This document shows, piece after piece, positions 39,101 to 49,500 of a stretch of 64,000 nucleotides of DNA. The notes beneath the pieces are model-generated. The model ran no database searches, was not told the origin of the DNA, and saw only the letters and a list, made by a program, of their open reading frames with translations. A program made the translations under genes and the position numbers. The stretch lies in the IMG/VR virus record IMGVR_UViG_3300020183_000051; one strand, written 5' to 3'. Position 1 is the stretch's first letter. Each line of letters opens with the position of its first letter. This stretch comes from an uncultured virus (IMG/VR IMGVR_UViG_3300020183_000051). Lineage: Duplodnaviria; Heunggongvirae; Uroviricota; Caudoviricetes.

Positions 39101-40797
39101 GGGGCGGTTGTTGGTGTGCCGGTGGTTTGGCCCTCGTTGTTTAATCCCCACGCCGCTACGGTGTTATCTCGTTTTATAACCACGGTGTGATAAAAACCTG
39201 CTGTGATTTCTTTCACACCTCTAGTAAAATTTCCACTAATTAAAATCTTATTGTCAGCGGTAACCGCGACACAGCTCAAACCGTTACCGTCAGCTATAAC
39301 AGACTCGACATTATTAAAAAACGTATTATCATCGTTATCGGTGCTACCGTCGCTAGAATTAAACCGACCCAAACGAGGATGTATACCTCTTGTAATTATT
39401 TTACTACCGGTTTTAATCAGGTCGCGCACGGTGCTACCGAAAAGTGAAGCGGTTAAAGATGTAAGTTCGCCGTCTTTAGAAAGTTTTACCAGTCGATTAC
39501 GAAAGTTAGATTCAGCATTATAATATATGAATTCTCCACCAATAAATATCGAATCATCTGGCTGAACAAGAACGGCTCTCGCACTATGAAACACATTTGG
39601 AAAATGAAATAACCCCTTAACTATATTTGATCCGACAATAGTAGATTCGCACTTTCCGCTTGGCAATATACAATTTTTTGAATTGTAAACATATACACAA
39701 CCATCTCGATAACAATTTGAACCACTAAATTCTTTATAAATTCTGTCGTATGGCGCACCAACCGCGACCGCCACATCTGTAGAAGAAGAACAGTAAATAG
39801 ATACTGAATTGCCATATCCGTCAGGAAGAGCAATTACAGGATCGTGTTGTGGTACGGGTAAAATTTTTAGATTTTCGACGGTTTTATTAGATGTAAATTC
39901 TTGAATTAACTCCCATTTATCTGTGGTTAATACATATTCATATAAATAAGCTTTTGAATTATTATCGATAATACTTCCATTTCCTACTATCAACTTATTA
40001 AAGTTTTTGTCTAATTTCAAACAAGAACCAAACAAGTTTTGTCCGCTAGAAGTAATGTAACTATGATAGGTATATTCGTCCGAGTCACGTTTAAATATAA
40101 AAACCGACCCACTATTCTTTGTATAAGGACTTCCCACCACAAGAAAATCTTTATTGATAGATACTGACCATCCAAATGAATTTGATCCTGTATCTATAGA
40201 TGTAAAATTTAAAAACGACGAATTGATAGGAGCAAATATAGTTTGAGTCTTTGATTTTTCTTTTGAAAGATCGTGAATTTCTATGCAACCTTCTTCGTTT
40301 CTAATTACTTCATCCATGTTTAAAAACGTATAAGTCATTCTAGTACAACCTATCGCACATAAATTTTCATATATATCTAAACTTCTACCAAAGTCAGATG
40401 ATAATGTAAACATGTCTTCTGAGTTTGCTAATAAAAATTCATAGTTGTTAAATATGGCAACAGATCCAGAATTAGAACCTGAAGTGTTCGTTTCTGTCGA
40501 TAACGAATAACTTCCCGATAGTGACGCAATAGAGTTTGAGCTTGTGGTATAATTTTCTGTATATAACGCATAATAATCTTCTTTCAAAGAAGATAATTTT
40601 ATTGTTCTATCATATATAAAAGTTGAACTAGTATTAGAATTATATTTATACACATCCACCGAACCCTCTTCTAAAATTGGATTTGCAGATGAACTGTTAA
40701 AAGACTCAAAAGATGGATTTCCTATTAAAGCGTATACGTCGCTTATAGCTACCGAATAACCAAAATCTTTTTTATCTATGTAAATATTTTTATGCAT
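36199..40797 (-). CDS. Large tail/baseplate adhesin-like protein: FG-GAP-like propeller, delta-60 repeats, RCC1 repeats, EF-hand/dockerin-like pair
   Basis: FGxSV...VGSP repeats; QxDGKxxxGG.F...RLNxDGxLDxTF; VVAIAAGxxHTVALKSDGTVVAWG; DLNKNGKFDFQD and DINQDGLTDNMD; C-terminal YITTIGLYN. Confidence 0.75.
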   Translation of the reverse strand: MHKNIYIDKKDFGYSVAISDVYALIGNPSFESFNSSSANPILEEGSVDVYKYNSNTSSTFIYDRTIKLSSLKEDYYALYTENYTTSSNSIASLSGSYSLSTETNTSGSNSGSVAIFNNYEFLLANSEDMFTLSSDFGRSLDIYENLCAIGCTRMTYTFLNMDEVIRNEEGCIEIHDLSKEKSKTQTIFAPINSSFLNFTSIDTGSNSFGWSVSINKDFLVVGSPYTKNSGSVFIFKRDSDEYTYHSYITSSGQNLFGSCLKLDKNFNKLIVGNGSIIDNNSKAYLYEYVLTTDKWELIQEFTSNKTVENLKILPVPQHDPVIALPDGYGNSVSIYCSSSTDVAVAVGAPYDRIYKEFSGSNCYRDGCVYVYNSKNCILPSGKCESTIVGSNIVKGLFHFPNVFHSARAVLVQPDDSIFIGGEFIYYNAESNFRNRLVKLSKDGELTSLTASLFGSTVRDLIKTGSKIITRGIHPRLGRFNSSDGSTDNDDNTFFNNVESVIADGNGLSCVAVTADNKILISGNFTRGVKEITAGFYHTVVIKRDNTVAAWGLNNEGQTTGTPTTAPPHIETGNPVTLSGQVLRNVVAIAAGWAHTVALKSDGTVVAWGSNNVDQRTVPAGLSGVVAIAAGNSHTVALKSDGTVVAWGSNDYGQTTVPFNLSGVVAIAAGENHTVALKSDGTVVAWGNNYFGQTTGTPTTAAPYTATANPVTLNGQILSDVVAIAGGLYNTVALKLDGTVVAWGSGQTTVPAGLSGVVAIAAGEEHTVALKSNGTVVAWGANYAGQTTVPDGLSGVVAIAGGERHTVALKSDGTVVAWGGNDFSQSTVPSVINNTTTGSNYISRINGTTGEIDPTFSHTGSGPFRPAQRRPVPAPAISAILPLSNNKILVGGHLPFYDNVTTDHIVRLNSDGTLDQTFTAKCKGGIVNTIVGQIDNKILVGGSFTSVSIDGVNYSKRGIFRLNENGTFDTSFVGSGIGAGQDIHKIFTVPSSGKIMIIGSFTTFNGISINKIARLHNNGDLDTSFNPGESTNAIILDLDFQSDGKMVLVGDFSKYNGKNCNRVVRITRNGDFDSSFLETFLYNTPSTCSVNELGWKETKLFGDVDSFKFNRFGHSVDISEDKLLISCPKFLSEFSSSYVQNTLFKSVDCDDLTENDYLGMFYIYDKQEENWNNIYAKFKPRKRFGYPFNFFAHDVSIHKKNLIVGSPIALTDSNRIIEIVEDKENVAENLHGNFSIFNLNEFESHHHVGNVFYRNGKMVFSNSASVFDNMFNNDVNDEPVYDISYNSKTSLYEKQIICTVSPGEFNYSTNPTAHVPSLIQLDLNKNGKFDFQDCDKILRGIYKKFNGNEQWWNLLQLEYPIGFENVVEKSKFEYYLTQSIKNETLYNLTDSILTTEEYNYIVNNLDSTLDINQDGLTDNMDLTILWKYFADTLTADNYEMFTTSKSTSSRSIYSVARDYLDTITGKSHKHLIKDVFHRRYVTSSNFTTQSFLSPYITTIGLYNNLDLIGVVKLGTPIKNEGKFPLNFIIRFDI
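38310..39200 (-). repeat. GC-rich RCC1/BLIP-II repeat block (~7 blades)
   Basis: Repeated ccccacgccaccacggtgccatccgacttcaaggccacggtgtg. Confidence 0.92.
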
Positions 40798-43700
40798 ATA
40801 CATTATCACTTGTATTATTCTTTATATATTTAATAAAAAATTGTTCATCATTTATTATGGAATTCATATTAGATGACGTTGTATATAAAAATATTTCATT
40901 AAAATAAAATTTATCAAATTTAGAATTGGATAAATCAAGTTCATCTATAATTTCATATACGTTAATTTTTTCAAAATCTATTGCCCAATTGTTATGAACC
41001 AAGTTGTCTGTCGCCGAATCAATATATACAGTTAATTTATTCTGAGATTTATTATAATTTAAAAACTTTCCTGTCATAGTTACATTATAATTTCTAGAAC
41101 CTGTTTGTCCCATTGAAATGTCACTTGTTAGTTGTGTAATATAAACGGGAACGTTTCTATAACCACCATAATGTAAATCCGCTAAATTCAAAGATCCTGT
41201 ATTTAAATAAAATTCCTTGACACCCACTGACATAGAAATGTTATTTATATTTGGTATCTCATTTTCAAAATTAGATTGTGCTTTATTTGAAGCAATATAT
41301 GAATATTTTTCTTTATTATTATATTTTTTAGTTAAAATTTCTAATCCTGAAAATAGTCGAGTTCCATGCGGTTCGTGCGTGGGTAGAATTTTAACGTCAT
41401 AGTTGGTTAAATTATATTGTTTTGTAGTATTTAAATTTATAGTAAAATTGACGTCGGTAAAAAAATCAAAAGTTCCTTTCATCACTTTAGGCGAAGTATA
41501 ATCATTATTATAAATAAATTTTTGATATCTTATATTTGGGTCTAAAAAAGTAAAATTTCTACCCAAACCAATACTTTTAAACATGTATTTTGTTACAAAA
41601 GGATGTTCACCCCAAGAAAATCCAAATTTAAATGCATGTCCAAATTCAGATTGCAACAGACTAACATCTGTATATTTTTTTATATAAACCGCACTTCTGT
41701 CGGCTTTAGCGTCAATCGAAACTCCATCAATTAAACCCTTTGTCGCGACCGACGTTGGCGGAGGAGGATTAGACCACGACGAATTAATATTTTGTCCAAA
41801 CGGTATAAAAGATTGTGAATAATCATTTTTTCCCCACGCCACACACTCACCATTATTTTTTAAAATAATAGTATGATCATCTCCACATTGAACATCCGAT
41901 ATGTTGACATTTTCTAAATTTGGAATTTTTGATTGACTGTATGTATCGTTCGCCCCCCAAGAATACAAATTACCATCATTATCTAAAATCATTCCATGCG
42001 ATTTTCCAAATGATATTTTTTTAACATTAGATTTTTGTGGAATTTTTGATGCGGTAAAAAATGAACTTGTTAAACTGTTGTGTCCAAATCCATAAATTGA
42101 TCCGTTTTTATGAATAATCACACTTCCACTTGGACCTGCTTTTATATAAGAGTAATTATTATCGACAAAAGTTGGTATAGAACCAGTATACAACGAATTT
42201 CCCCAAACATAAACTTTACCGTTTTCATCTAAAGCAATCATATGATGATCTCCCGCCGATATATCAATAAGTAGGCCACCAAAAATTGGAACAGATTTAG
42301 ACACCTCACTTTCTCCCCAAACAACTAACTGACCGTTTGTTTTTAAAATTGCGGCAAAATTATCTCCACACTCTATTTTTCTAAAATTACCCAAAAGTTC
42401 ATCGTGAGGTATTTTAGTTAACGAAACCGACTGCGTAGTTTGAAGCCTTCCGTTGTTATTAAGCCGAGCAATATTATTGACACTCTGACCATCATATGTG
42501 GAAAACTTTCCGCCTATCATTATTCTACCATCTGACAGTGGTTTGATGGAATCAACAGCTTTAAGCAGCCCCTCGGCGAGCGGCAACCCGCTCCTAAAGG
42601 TAGTGTCGAGCTCACCATCAGAGTTTAGACGAAGGATACTATGTTGTTCTGGTGTGTTATCATATCTATTGAAAATGCCGCCGAGAAGTATTTTACCGTC
42701 CGACTGTAAAGCAACAGAAAATGATCTTGAAGGATAAGCTTCAGTGCCAGTCTGTGTCGGTGGAATGTTAAAGGTTTCATCACGGCTAACCGTTATGTTC
42801 GTCGTCGGCGGTTTAAGTCGTTGAATTCCGTGTGGATTAGAACCGAAACTGCCGGCAATAATTATTTTTTCATCTGGTAATAATACCATATCATTAATTC
42901 CACCCGCGTGGTTGTAATATCCGAAGTCGTTGTCAAACTCACCGTCTTTTTTGAGTCGTATAAGATACCGATCGCGGTTAACAGGCCCGCCCGATGATGT
43001 AAGAGCAATAAACTCTCCACCGATCAAAATTTTGTCTGTATTATTTCCCGTGGGATAGACAATTACCTTGTTCAGAATATTCAAGGCTGGAGTAGGTGGA
43101 TTGGGTTGATTTGTCCAGTAGCCAGAAGATGTAAACGTGGTGTCGATTTCGCCATTTTTATTCAATCTAACTATTGAAGGAACGGTGTAACCATTGTAAC
43201 TGGTGAAACTCCCAACCGCAATGATTTTTTCATCAGACTGTAATGCGATATCAGTCACTACGTTATTAAATCCAACACCTACACCGTTGAATGTCTCATC
43301 AAGCGTACCATTGGAGTTAATTCGAACAATTCCTTGCTTTCCGGAATAAATGAAATTGCCGCCGATAAGAATTTTGCCTGAATTATTACTGCTCGTCGGA
43401 TAAATCAAAATAGATGTAACATAGTTATATACGTTACCTCTGAAGGAAAGATTAAGATTGTTGTTGAAGGGTCCATCCAAAGTACCGTCAATGTTTATTC
43501 GAGCGAGAATAGAGCTTGGTGTATTGTTGTAACTGGTGAATCTTCCGCCGATAAGCACTTTGTCATCGGTTTGTATAGCCATAGCCATAACCGAAGCACT
43601 ATCAGAGTTTTCGCTGTGTTGTATTCCACCGCCAACGTCAAAACCAGCATCTCCAATATACATTAGATAAGACTCTACTTCTTTTGGTTTTATTTTATTT

Positions 43701-44779
43701 GTAGTATCATATCCATAAATGTAAAAATCGTGTGCGAAGTTTCTATCGACAAAAAGAATATTATTTTTGTAATATTGCCAATTTAATTCCGTCACAGAAT
43801 CTTCGTTTAAAAAGAATTCGACCCCATCAAAATTTACACAAGAACAAGAATTAAAATGGTTTATATCTTTATTTTGATCCGATGTAATTACGCCGAATAC
43901 TTTTTCTTTTACATGTAAATTGCCTTTGCCATCATCCACTACTGTGTAAGTTTGATCGCTAGAATTTTCTATTATTTCCACGCTATTTTCCATTATTTTA
44001 TCACCAAAATAAGCTTGTGGGATAGTTACTACTTTAATTCTGTCATATATAACTCTTTTTTTTCCGTCCAAAATCACGTCTAAATTTTCTAATCCCAATA
44101 ACTTAGTTGGATCTTTAGAATCGTTATAAAATAAATTTTTAGTCTGATCGTATATTATTCTTTTATATGTATCACTCAAATTTTGAACCTCGATGTCTGG
44201 ATCGAATTTTATAAATTGTTCAGTCTTTATTCCATCTTCTATAGTTAAAAAATTATCTTCCGTTTGTTCTAAACAAAGATTACATATAGAATTTGTAAAC
44301 GGCACATCCATAGCCAAATCAAATCTATACGAAGGTCCGTTGTATGGAGATTTGCTGTTACTTATATCTGCATATGATTCGAGTAACCAATAATCCGAAG
44401 ATCCCTGCACATGCAAATCCACTTGACCACTACTTGTATCTTCCATTATTATTGAATATGTTGGTTCGGCGACCAAAGAAGAAGTGCAACCAAATTGCCA
44501 ACCATCACCATAATCAAGATATTCTATAGCAAACGGCTTTGTTGAAAGCAAACCAACTGACTGAACCGTATTTTCAGCAACAAACTTATTTGTAAAAGAT
44601 TTAGATTCTGATATAAATTTATGAGTTTTAGACTCTGAAACAAAATTGGCGTCAGTAAATAGATACTCGAAATCCACATCCCCCAATAAATTTATATTAG
44701 ATTTGCTTGTGGCTCTCCATCTTTTTGATACAACAAATGGAACTGAATTTATGTCATCTTTATTTAGACTTTTAATCAT
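40790..44779 (-). CDS. Large tail protein with delta-60 and RCC1-like propellers
   Basis: LQSDGKILLGG...RLNSDGELDTTF; CGDDHTIILKNNGECVAWG; VVDDGKGNL motif. Confidence 0.75.
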   Translation of the reverse strand: MIKSLNKDDINSVPFVVSKRWRATSKSNINLLGDVDFEYLFTDANFVSESKTHKFISESKSFTNKFVAENTVQSVGLLSTKPFAIEYLDYGDGWQFGCTSSLVAEPTYSIIMEDTSSGQVDLHVQGSSDYWLLESYADISNSKSPYNGPSYRFDLAMDVPFTNSICNLCLEQTEDNFLTIEDGIKTEQFIKFDPDIEVQNLSDTYKRIIYDQTKNLFYNDSKDPTKLLGLENLDVILDGKKRVIYDRIKVVTIPQAYFGDKIMENSVEIIENSSDQTYTVVDDGKGNLHVKEKVFGVITSDQNKDINHFNSCSCVNFDGVEFFLNEDSVTELNWQYYKNNILFVDRNFAHDFYIYGYDTTNKIKPKEVESYLMYIGDAGFDVGGGIQHSENSDSASVMAMAIQTDDKVLIGGRFTSYNNTPSSILARINIDGTLDGPFNNNLNLSFRGNVYNYVTSILIYPTSSNNSGKILIGGNFIYSGKQGIVRINSNGTLDETFNGVGVGFNNVVTDIALQSDEKIIAVGSFTSYNGYTVPSIVRLNKNGEIDTTFTSSGYWTNQPNPPTPALNILNKVIVYPTGNNTDKILIGGEFIALTSSGGPVNRDRYLIRLKKDGEFDNDFGYYNHAGGINDMVLLPDEKIIIAGSFGSNPHGIQRLKPPTTNITVSRDETFNIPPTQTGTEAYPSRSFSVALQSDGKILLGGIFNRYDNTPEQHSILRLNSDGELDTTFRSGLPLAEGLLKAVDSIKPLSDGRIMIGGKFSTYDGQSVNNIARLNNNGRLQTTQSVSLTKIPHDELLGNFRKIECGDNFAAILKTNGQLVVWGESEVSKSVPIFGGLLIDISAGDHHMIALDENGKVYVWGNSLYTGSIPTFVDNNYSYIKAGPSGSVIIHKNGSIYGFGHNSLTSSFFTASKIPQKSNVKKISFGKSHGMILDNDGNLYSWGANDTYSQSKIPNLENVNISDVQCGDDHTIILKNNGECVAWGKNDYSQSFIPFGQNINSSWSNPPPPTSVATKGLIDGVSIDAKADRSAVYIKKYTDVSLLQSEFGHAFKFGFSWGEHPFVTKYMFKSIGLGRNFTFLDPNIRYQKFIYNNDYTSPKVMKGTFDFFTDVNFTINLNTTKQYNLTNYDVKILPTHEPHGTRLFSGLEILTKKYNNKEKYSYIASNKAQSNFENEIPNINNISMSVGVKEFYLNTGSLNLADLHYGGYRNVPVYITQLTSDISMGQTGSRNYNVTMTGKFLNYNKSQNKLTVYIDSATDNLVHNNWAIDFEKINVYEIIDELDLSNSKFDKFYFNEIFLYTTSSNMNSIINDEQFFIKYIKNNTSDNVYA

Positions 44780-44809
44780 TCTACCATAAATATCAATCGA
44801 ATTGTAATT

Positions 44810-45901
44810 TTAGAAATCTAATCTCACTCTAATCAACAATTCCGTGGTAAAGTCTTTTTTCGTTGGTCTACTTAATTTAGCTACTGCAACCAATTCATTC
44901 AGGTCGTTATACAAACCCACCGTAGTCACAAAAGTCTTGGGCTCAGTTTGGAGACCATTAATTATATCTCCCTTTGTAGTATTTGCATCTGTCGTTTGAT
45001 GAATAAAAGATGGATTATTTGAGAAATTATAGTCTTGATTTTTAACTCTAATAAAATAGTGTGTTGATGGGACCGCCTCAGTTTTTCTTACACGCATTAC
45101 AGAATTAGTCGCGCCTTTTAATTTTTTGAATAGTTCTTGATGATTTATTATCGATGAGGCGGTCGTGTTATCAAAAACATGACCGGCGTATTGTGCTAAT
45201 TTGTTTGCGTTTAAAACAATGATTCCGTTTTTAGGATAAAACAATCCCAAACCATGATATTCGCGGGAAGAAATTGTTCCATTCTGTCCTGTAGCTGCGT
45301 TATAACTTCCAGTAATAACTTGATATACCAACCGTTGTTCCTTTTGTTCCGTTGAAGATAGAATAGGATATTCATCAATTAAAGATAAACTACTAGAACC
45401 AAAAGAACCTGAAATAGTAAACGACCACTGACCTCTATCAATTTGATCCTTCATCAAATCCGAACTAAATGCAATTATAAACACTTCCGAACTCGTGATA
45501 AAAGTAGAAGAACCTATACTACCTGTTTTAAAACTAAATTTTCCATCTAAATCTGAAATTCCTAATAATATGTTTTTATATTGATTGTAAATTGCGGCCG
45601 AACTAGAAAATACCGAGTTGGCAGTACTTGTTCCTCCGCCACTTGTAGAACCATATGCAATCGAAAATAATAGTTGTGGATTACTTATACTGTTATTATA
45701 TACATTAGTATAATACAATCCATTTAACACATCATAACTACCATTTGAACCTATTAATTTTGTCTGAGCACTTGAAGTTAGAAAAAAAGACTGTGAAATA
45801 CTAATGTCACCTCCAGGAAAATAACCGCTAGAAACTCCTGTGGTTTTTCCTGAAATTATGTCAGTCGATTCAAATGGTTGATAAATTTTAAAATTTGCCA
45901 T
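44810..45901 (-). CDS. Baseplate/tail structural protein
   Basis: C-terminal FNFSNNPSF...FVTTVGLYNDLNELVAVAKL...RLDF is paralogous to the end of 36199..40797. Confidence 0.6.
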   Translation of the reverse strand: MANFKIYQPFESTDIISGKTTGVSSGYFPGGDISISQSFFLTSSAQTKLIGSNGSYDVLNGLYYTNVYNNSISNPQLLFSIAYGSTSGGGTSTANSVFSSSAAIYNQYKNILLGISDLDGKFSFKTGSIGSSTFITSSEVFIIAFSSDLMKDQIDRGQWSFTISGSFGSSSLSLIDEYPILSSTEQKEQRLVYQVITGSYNAATGQNGTISSREYHGLGLFYPKNGIIVLNANKLAQYAGHVFDNTTASSIINHQELFKKLKGATNSVMRVRKTEAVPSTHYFIRVKNQDYNFSNNPSFIHQTTDANTTKGDIINGLQTEPKTFVTTVGLYNDLNELVAVAKLSRPTKKDFTTELLIRVRLDF

Positions 45902-45905
45902 AAAG

Positions 45906-46538
45906 TTATTCGACGGTTATAGTTACAGGAATACTTACACCACCGCCACTTTCGTTTCCTATGATAGTTAGTGTGGTAGTGGTGGTCTGTGATAATTTTG
46001 CAGAAGGTGTAAATGCAAATTCTAATCCTACCAAAGCTTGTGAATTTTCCGAAGATTGATCACCAGCGAACGCCGTTACTGTACCTACGTTGGTGGTTAT
46101 GGGAGCTTCAATCGTGACAATCAACGTTCCAACTTTAGAATTTCCCAATATCGCAGTATATCCTCCATTAGCATTATAATTTGATGGTGTGGTCGATGGC
46201 GATATTACGATACGACCGTTATATGTAGATACCACACTAATTGAAGATTGTGCGATTGTAACAGTAGGAATAAATGTAGTTCCCTGATCTAAGGTAACTA
46301 ACTTATATTTCATCGTCTGTGTGTCATCGACCGTAGGTTCAAAAATAGGAGTGTTTATTAGAGCAATCTCCTTTAGGTCCTCGGATGCCGCGTTTTCGTT
46401 ATAAAGTCCATAATTTATTTCGTCGTCGGCTAATGCAAACGATGTTATTTGTAAGCTTCCATTTTTGGCTAGAAGTTCTCTACCTTTTTTTGTTAAAACT
46501 GCATCAACTACGATGGATTTGTTGTCTAAGTATGCCAT
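45906..46538 (-). CDS. Tail/baseplate structural protein
   Basis: MAYLDN...DAVLTKKGRELLA...ITSFALADDEINY resembles tail-collar/fibre-attachment N-termini. Confidence 0.55.
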   Translation of the reverse strand: MAYLDNKSIVVDAVLTKKGRELLAKNGSLQITSFALADDEINYGLYNENAASEDLKEIALINTPIFEPTVDDTQTMKYKLVTLDQGTTFIPTVTIAQSSISVVSTYNGRIVISPSTTPSNYNANGGYTAILGNSKVGTLIVTIEAPITTNVGTVTAFAGDQSSENSQALVGLEFAFTPSAKLSQTTTTTLTIIGNESGGGVSIPVTITVE

Positions 46539-46586
46539 ATTTTAATTAATAAATAGTTCAAAATTTTATTTTTTATTATTTTTTAT

Positions 46587-49500
46587 TTACAATCCTCTCC
46601 CACCAAATAACACATTTGGTTGAAAATCTTCTGGAATTCTATATTTAGTATATTGTTTTATAGTCGTGGTGGAATTTTCATTTATTAATTGAGAGCCGTT
46701 TAAGATTATTTCTCCACTCGATATATACAATTTAGCCGTATTAAATCTATTTTTGGTTTCTATGTCTATTACAGATCCAAGGTATGGCGAAGCAAATCTC
46801 GGTAGTTTTCTTAGATTTCCAAACCAAGGTAGAAGTTGTAATCTAGATATTGAAGAGGTGATCGGAGTTCCTATCACCGCTTGGCTAGTATCAATTCTAA
46901 TTATTGGTTCTCGGTTATCGTTTCCAGATTCATTAATTGTTGTAAATCTATTTTGTCTACCTTTACCGAAATAACTCGGAGGTAAATCTACGTCAGCAAG
47001 ACTGCCTGTAACATAATACAGTTCTTTTCTAAGCGATAAATTTTTTCTACTTATATGTGGAAAATTTCGCAGATCAGAAAGTATATTATGTGCAGAAGAT
47101 GTTGTAAACGAACTGCCGCTATTAATTAATTCTACAGAAATAAAATCTTTAGTAACATTTGAAGACGTAATATTATCCGAAGAATAAGTCACAGTTTTTT
47201 TATTAATTTTACTATATGCAAAATATTTTTTTCCATCTACGTCAGCCAATCCATTATGGTCGACAAATATATTATTCATATACAAATCAGGAACATCAGT
47301 TATAGATTTGTATCCTTCAAACGAATAATCACCAAACACAAAACTGTTTTTATATAATTTTAAGTCGACAATAGAATTTGTGAGATAACTAATAGTAGAA
47401 CTATCTACGTCACCTAAGATATTAGATAATTGAATACTGGCAGTTAAAACGTGTAAATTGGTTATATTGACAGGTTTTTCTTCAATCCTATTTCTTTCTA
47501 AAATTGTAGGTTCTATTAACAGCCCGGTATAAACTTTATTTCTAGCGGGTAATAAGTTTTTAAGAGTATCAAAAATACTTCCGTCAACATACGTTTTATA
47601 AATTGTAAATAATTCGTTAAATAAAATTTTATTTATGTAATTTTCTCCATAATAATATTCTCTTAATTTCTCAAGCCCTAAATATTTTCTTCCAAAACGT
47701 TCTCTTGGATCTGAAATTGAAGAAACAATTTCATAATTTCCAAAAAAATCTAATATAGATTTATTTCGCTCATGAATGGGAGATAAAAACACCCCAATTT
47801 TATTAGTATCTACATAGTATTCATTCTTATTTTTATAAGTTTGAGATTTCAATGGAGAAAGAGTGCCATCGTATGTATATCTCACACTTTTATTTACTTT
47901 ATCATTTTCGAATCTACTAGGACCTATTTCTGCTGTAAAATATTCGTTCCTAATATTAAATTCACGAGTCTGATGCGGAAATATAGAATATGATTCGCTT
48001 ACACAACTTGACGTATTAAAACGATTGTAATAATTATTTCCCACTACATTATGAACGGCTGCATATATGTTATTATAACGTGGATTTACATTATTTACCT
48101 TATATCCGTCTTCTAAAAAAGAACCAGAAATAATATCTATCGGAACGCCTAAATTAAATCTAAACAAAATATCGTCGTAACTCGAAGACGGTTGGCCCTG
48201 ATAATAAGAATTAAAATTTTTACATTTTGTATAAAAGTTCTCGTCTGAAATCGGGGTTTTTTGTATGGTAATTTTATCCAAACAACCATAAAACTTACTG
48301 AGTGAATATTGTTGCAACTCCGTAAATCTAAAGAAATCATTATAATCAAATTCTGTAACTAAATCGGTTATATCACCAACGTTACCAAAACTCTCAGAAA
48401 TTACCCCTTGTAAAATGGCCTCTCTACTAACGATCGGTATGTTACTAAGTTCTGAAATTAAATCTATTTTTTCGTTTGGATTTCCAAAAGCCGTAATTGC
48501 ACCTAAACTATTAAATTTTTCATTATATGATCCTGATAAATAAAAACTAAATTTTTTGTCAATTGGATCGACGCAAAATTCATTTTGATGTATGACTATA
48601 TCATACTGAATAGGTAATATATTTTCATCTATAGGATGCTCAAATTTTTTTGAAGCCTCGTTTTTTCTTAATAAAATGTTCATTACTTCTCCGTTAAACA
48701 TATAAAATGGAGAGGTTATATACACGACAGGCAAGAAATTTTCGTTTTTTATTATGAAGTATAAACTGCCTAACTTCTCGGTAAATTTTATGAACCCTAA
48801 AGAGTAAACCGGATCACCGAGATCGTTGAAAGTTCCGTGAATAGGAACAATCAGTCTGTTTAAATTTTTATATTTTTCTTTATCAATAAAAAGTTTAAAA
48901 TCTATAGATTTATAGGGAGTTAAATTTTTAATTTCAACATACTCGTCGTCTCCACCAACAAACTCCAACAAATACTCTTTTTCATCTACCAAATATGAAG
49001 AACTTATTTCATTTTTTGTATAACCGCCGCCAAATTCTTTTACCAAAATCATATTATTTGGTATTCCATAAATTGAAAATATCTGTCTAAGACATTCTTC
49101 AGTTCCTTTAGTTTTGTAAATCGATGGTAAATTATTTAATATTCTTTTCCATATAATTTTAGTTTTTTTATCTAAAGATATAGAATTTTTTAAATCGGCC
49201 TTTTTAAATTTGTCCAAATAACATTCTTCAATCGATGCATTTTCTAATATCCCACTTACATTTGGAGGCGTATCAAACCCAAAGCTAGAAAGAATATGAT
49301 TTATAAAATCGGATGAAATTCCCGTCGAATAATCTTCACCAACTTTTTTATAAATCCCTATGGATGATATGTATAAATAAATGTTATCAAAAGTATGTCC
49401 TATCATACTTAAAAACTTCAAGTATTCGTCATTATTTTCATTTAGGTAGACATATTCAGGAGTATTATTTATGAGTGAGTCTCTATTATTTTTATCATAA

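Noticed and set aside
38326..39144. Plus-strand 272-aa His/Arg-rich ORF
   Set aside because: Shadow of the GC-rich RCC1 repeats.
36199..44779. Diversity-generating retroelement or invertible tail cassette
   Set aside because: No reverse transcriptase, invertase or adenine-specific TR/VR pair is visible in the window.
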